From assembly GCA_041496385.1 (NCBI GenBank), contig JBGQEL010000037.1, positions 1-37,124 of the forward strand: a stretch of DNA of 37,124 bases, in the 5' to 3' direction. Under the pieces are notes generated by a model. That model worked only from the letters and a program-made list of their open reading frames with translations. It had not been told where the DNA came from and searched no databases. Shown here piece after piece: positions 35,194-37,124 of the stretch. The translations under genes were made by a program, and so were the position numbers. This stretch comes from Candidatus Methylomirabilia bacterium. Its GTDB lineage: Bacteria; Methylomirabilota; Methylomirabilia; Rokubacteriales; CSP1-6. The number at the start of each line of letters is the position of its first letter. Within the stretch, counting starts at the first letter, position 1.

Positions 35194-37123
35194 CGTCGCG
35201 CTGCCGATCCTCACCACGGCCGGCGCCTACCCCGAGCGCGACGTGCCGCGCCCGAGCTGGCTCGATCGCGCCGGCGCCACGACGGCCGGCCTGGTCGTGC
35301 GCGCGTACGCGCGCTGGCGCCGCTGGGACCGCCTGGTCGAACCCGTCGCGGCGCACGGGCGCGCGCTGGCGGGGCTGGACGACGGCGATCTCCGAACCGC
35401 CGCCCAAGCGGTCGGTCTCGAGCTTCGCCGGGCCGGGCTCCGCGCCGAGCCCGTCGCCCGGGCCTTCGCCCTCGTGCGCGAGGCCGCGACGCGCGCGACC
35501 GGCCTGCGGCCCTTCGACGTCCAGCTGATGGGCGGCTGGGTGCTGCTGAGCGGGATGGTGGCCGAGATGGAGACCGGCGAGGGCAAGACGCTCACGGCGA
35601 CGCTGCCCGCCTGCACCGCCGCGCTCGCCGGCCTGCCCGTGCACATCGTGACGGTGAACGACTATCTCGCGAGCCGCGACGCGAGCTGGATGGGGCCGAT
35701 CTACCGGATGCTCGGCCTGAGCGTGGGCGTGATCCAGCACGGCATGGAGCCCGCCGCGCGGCGCGCCGCGTACGCCTGCGACGTCACCTACTGCACCAAC
35801 AAGGAAGTCGTCTTCGACTACCTGCGCGACCGGATCGTGCTCGGCGACCAGCCGAGCTCCGCACGGCTCCGGCTCGAGCGGCTCTACGGCGGGCAGGCGC
35901 GCGTGCGGCAGCTCCTGCATCGCGGGCTCCACTACGCGATCGTGGACGAGGCCGACAGCGTGCTGGTCGACGAGGCGCGGACGCCGCTCATCATCAGCGG
36001 AGGGTCGGGCGACGCGACCGAGCGCCAGGTGTACGAGGAGGCGCTGGCGGTCGCCGACAAGCTGGAGCGCGGAGTCGACTTCGAGATCCTCGAGACCGAG
36101 CGCAGCGTCCGCATCCTTCCGGCGGGCCAGGCGCGGCTCGAGGAGCTCTGCCTGGAGCTCGGCGGCGTCTGGCAGGGTCGCCAGCGGCGCGAGGACCTCG
36201 CGCGCCACGCGCTGCAGGCGCGCCACCTGATCCTCAAGGACAAGCAGTACCTCGTGAAGGACGGCAAGGTGCAGATCATCGACGAGTACACCGGGCGCGT
36301 GATGGCGGACCGCTCGTGGGAGCACGGGCTGCACCAGATGCTGGAGGCCAAGGAAGACTGTCCCCTCACGAGCCGCAACGATCCGCTCGCGCGGATCAGC
36401 TACCAGCGCTTCTTCCGGCGCTACCTGCGGCTCGCGGGCATGACGGGCACGGCCAAGGAGATCGCGGGCGAGCTGTGGTCGGTCTACCGTCTGCCGGTCG
36501 TCCGGATGCCCACGAACCGGCCCATCGCCCGCCGCTCGCTCGGCGATTCCGTGCTCGGGACGAGCGAGGCGAAGTGGACCGTGATCGTGGAGCACATCCG
36601 GGCCGTCCACGACGAGGGACGCCCGATTCTCGTCGGCACCCGCTCGGTCGCCGCCTCCGAGCACTTGAGCCGTCTGCTTACCGCGGCGGGCCTGTCCCAT
36701 CAGGTGCTCAACGCGCGGCAGGACGAGGAGGAGGCCGCGATCGTCGCGCGCGCGGGCGAGCGCGGGCGGATCACGGTGGCGACGAACATGGCGGGCCGCG
36801 GAACGGACATCAAGCTCGGGCCCGGCATCGCCGACCTCGGCGGCCTCCACGTGATCGCCACGGAGCGGCACGAGGCCGGGCGCATCGATCGCCAGCTCTT
36901 CGGTCGTTGCGGACGGCAGGGCGACCCGGGCAGCTACGAGGTCGTCGTCTCGCTCGAGGACGACCTGCTCACCGTGTTCGGCGGCGCGCTCAAGCGCGGT
37001 CCCGGGGCGGTGCTGCGGGCCCAGCGCGCGGCGGAGCGCCTGCATTCGCGCGCGCGGCGCGAGCTGCTCAAGCTGGACGAGCAGCTCGACTCCACCCTGG
37101 CGTTCTCGGGGCGCCTCGAATGA
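35186..37123 (+). CDS. secA: SecA paralogue (DEAD motor + PPXD), C-terminally truncated, 645 aa
   Basis: METGEGKT, VTVNDYLA.RD, IVDEADSVLVDEARTPLIISG, IIDEYTGR, GLHQMLEAKE, GMTGTA, ATNMAGRGTDIKLG, RIDRQLFGRCGRQGDPG, SLED. The protein ends about 55 aa after SLED. Confidence 0.92.
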   Translation: MSSVALPILTTAGAYPERDVPRPSWLDRAGATTAGLVVRAYARWRRWDRLVEPVAAHGRALAGLDDGDLRTAAQAVGLELRRAGLRAEPVARAFALVREAATRATGLRPFDVQLMGGWVLLSGMVAEMETGEGKTLTATLPACTAALAGLPVHIVTVNDYLASRDASWMGPIYRMLGLSVGVIQHGMEPAARRAAYACDVTYCTNKEVVFDYLRDRIVLGDQPSSARLRLERLYGGQARVRQLLHRGLHYAIVDEADSVLVDEARTPLIISGGSGDATERQVYEEALAVADKLERGVDFEILETERSVRILPAGQARLEELCLELGGVWQGRQRREDLARHALQARHLILKDKQYLVKDGKVQIIDEYTGRVMADRSWEHGLHQMLEAKEDCPLTSRNDPLARISYQRFFRRYLRLAGMTGTAKEIAGELWSVYRLPVVRMPTNRPIARRSLGDSVLGTSEAKWTVIVEHIRAVHDEGRPILVGTRSVAASEHLSRLLTAAGLSHQVLNARQDEEEAAIVARAGERGRITVATNMAGRGTDIKLGPGIADLGGLHVIATERHEAGRIDRQLFGRCGRQGDPGSYEVVVSLEDDLLTVFGGALKRGPGAVLRAQRAAERLHSRARRELLKLDEQLDSTLAFSGRLE

Positions 37124-37124
37124 G

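Noticed and set aside
35186..37123. Housekeeping secA or an accessory SecA2/SecY2 system
   Set aside because: Too short, lacks the wing, finger and C-terminal domains, and no secY2 or asp genes are in view; the context is HlyD/M50.

Overview
Very GC-rich, densely coding bacterial chromosome segment with about 35 CDS. Gene content and style suggest Candidatus Rokubacteria/Methylomirabilota, but this is inference only. In order: an RND efflux pair (truncated at the left edge), a small secreted protein and an acyl-CoA ligase; a catabolic-looking operon (RhaD-type aldolase/SDR, LLM oxidoreductase, FNR-like reductase, TPP enzyme, GT4); an SGNH + sxtJ/sxtK/sxtI-like O-carbamoylation cassette; FmdB, CelD-type GNAT and an MshA-like GT; an Opp/Dpp ABC transporter; a ferredoxin; a stand-alone Fis-type HTH; thiolase-like/DUF35/CoA-transferase III/GNAT; and cimA. 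No rRNA, tRNA or CRISPR array was recognised. Two things stand out. (1) At 29439-37124+ a GT4, DUF3467, GAF-HlyD adaptor, PqqD-like/M50 protease/HlyD fusion and a C-terminally truncated SecA paralogue form a candidate ABC-less, SecA-ATPase-powered type-I-like export system that runs off the window. (2) A 65-bp tandem repeat at 16063-16389 in which the units are 22-codon micro-ORFs chained by ATGA stop/start overlaps from the GNAT stop codon to the MshA-like start codon. Also seen: two sigma54-type promoters in front of orphan HTH mini-proteins (one resembling part of IS21 IstA), several promoters placed for leaderless or near-leaderless mRNAs, and two apparent in-frame internal deletions.
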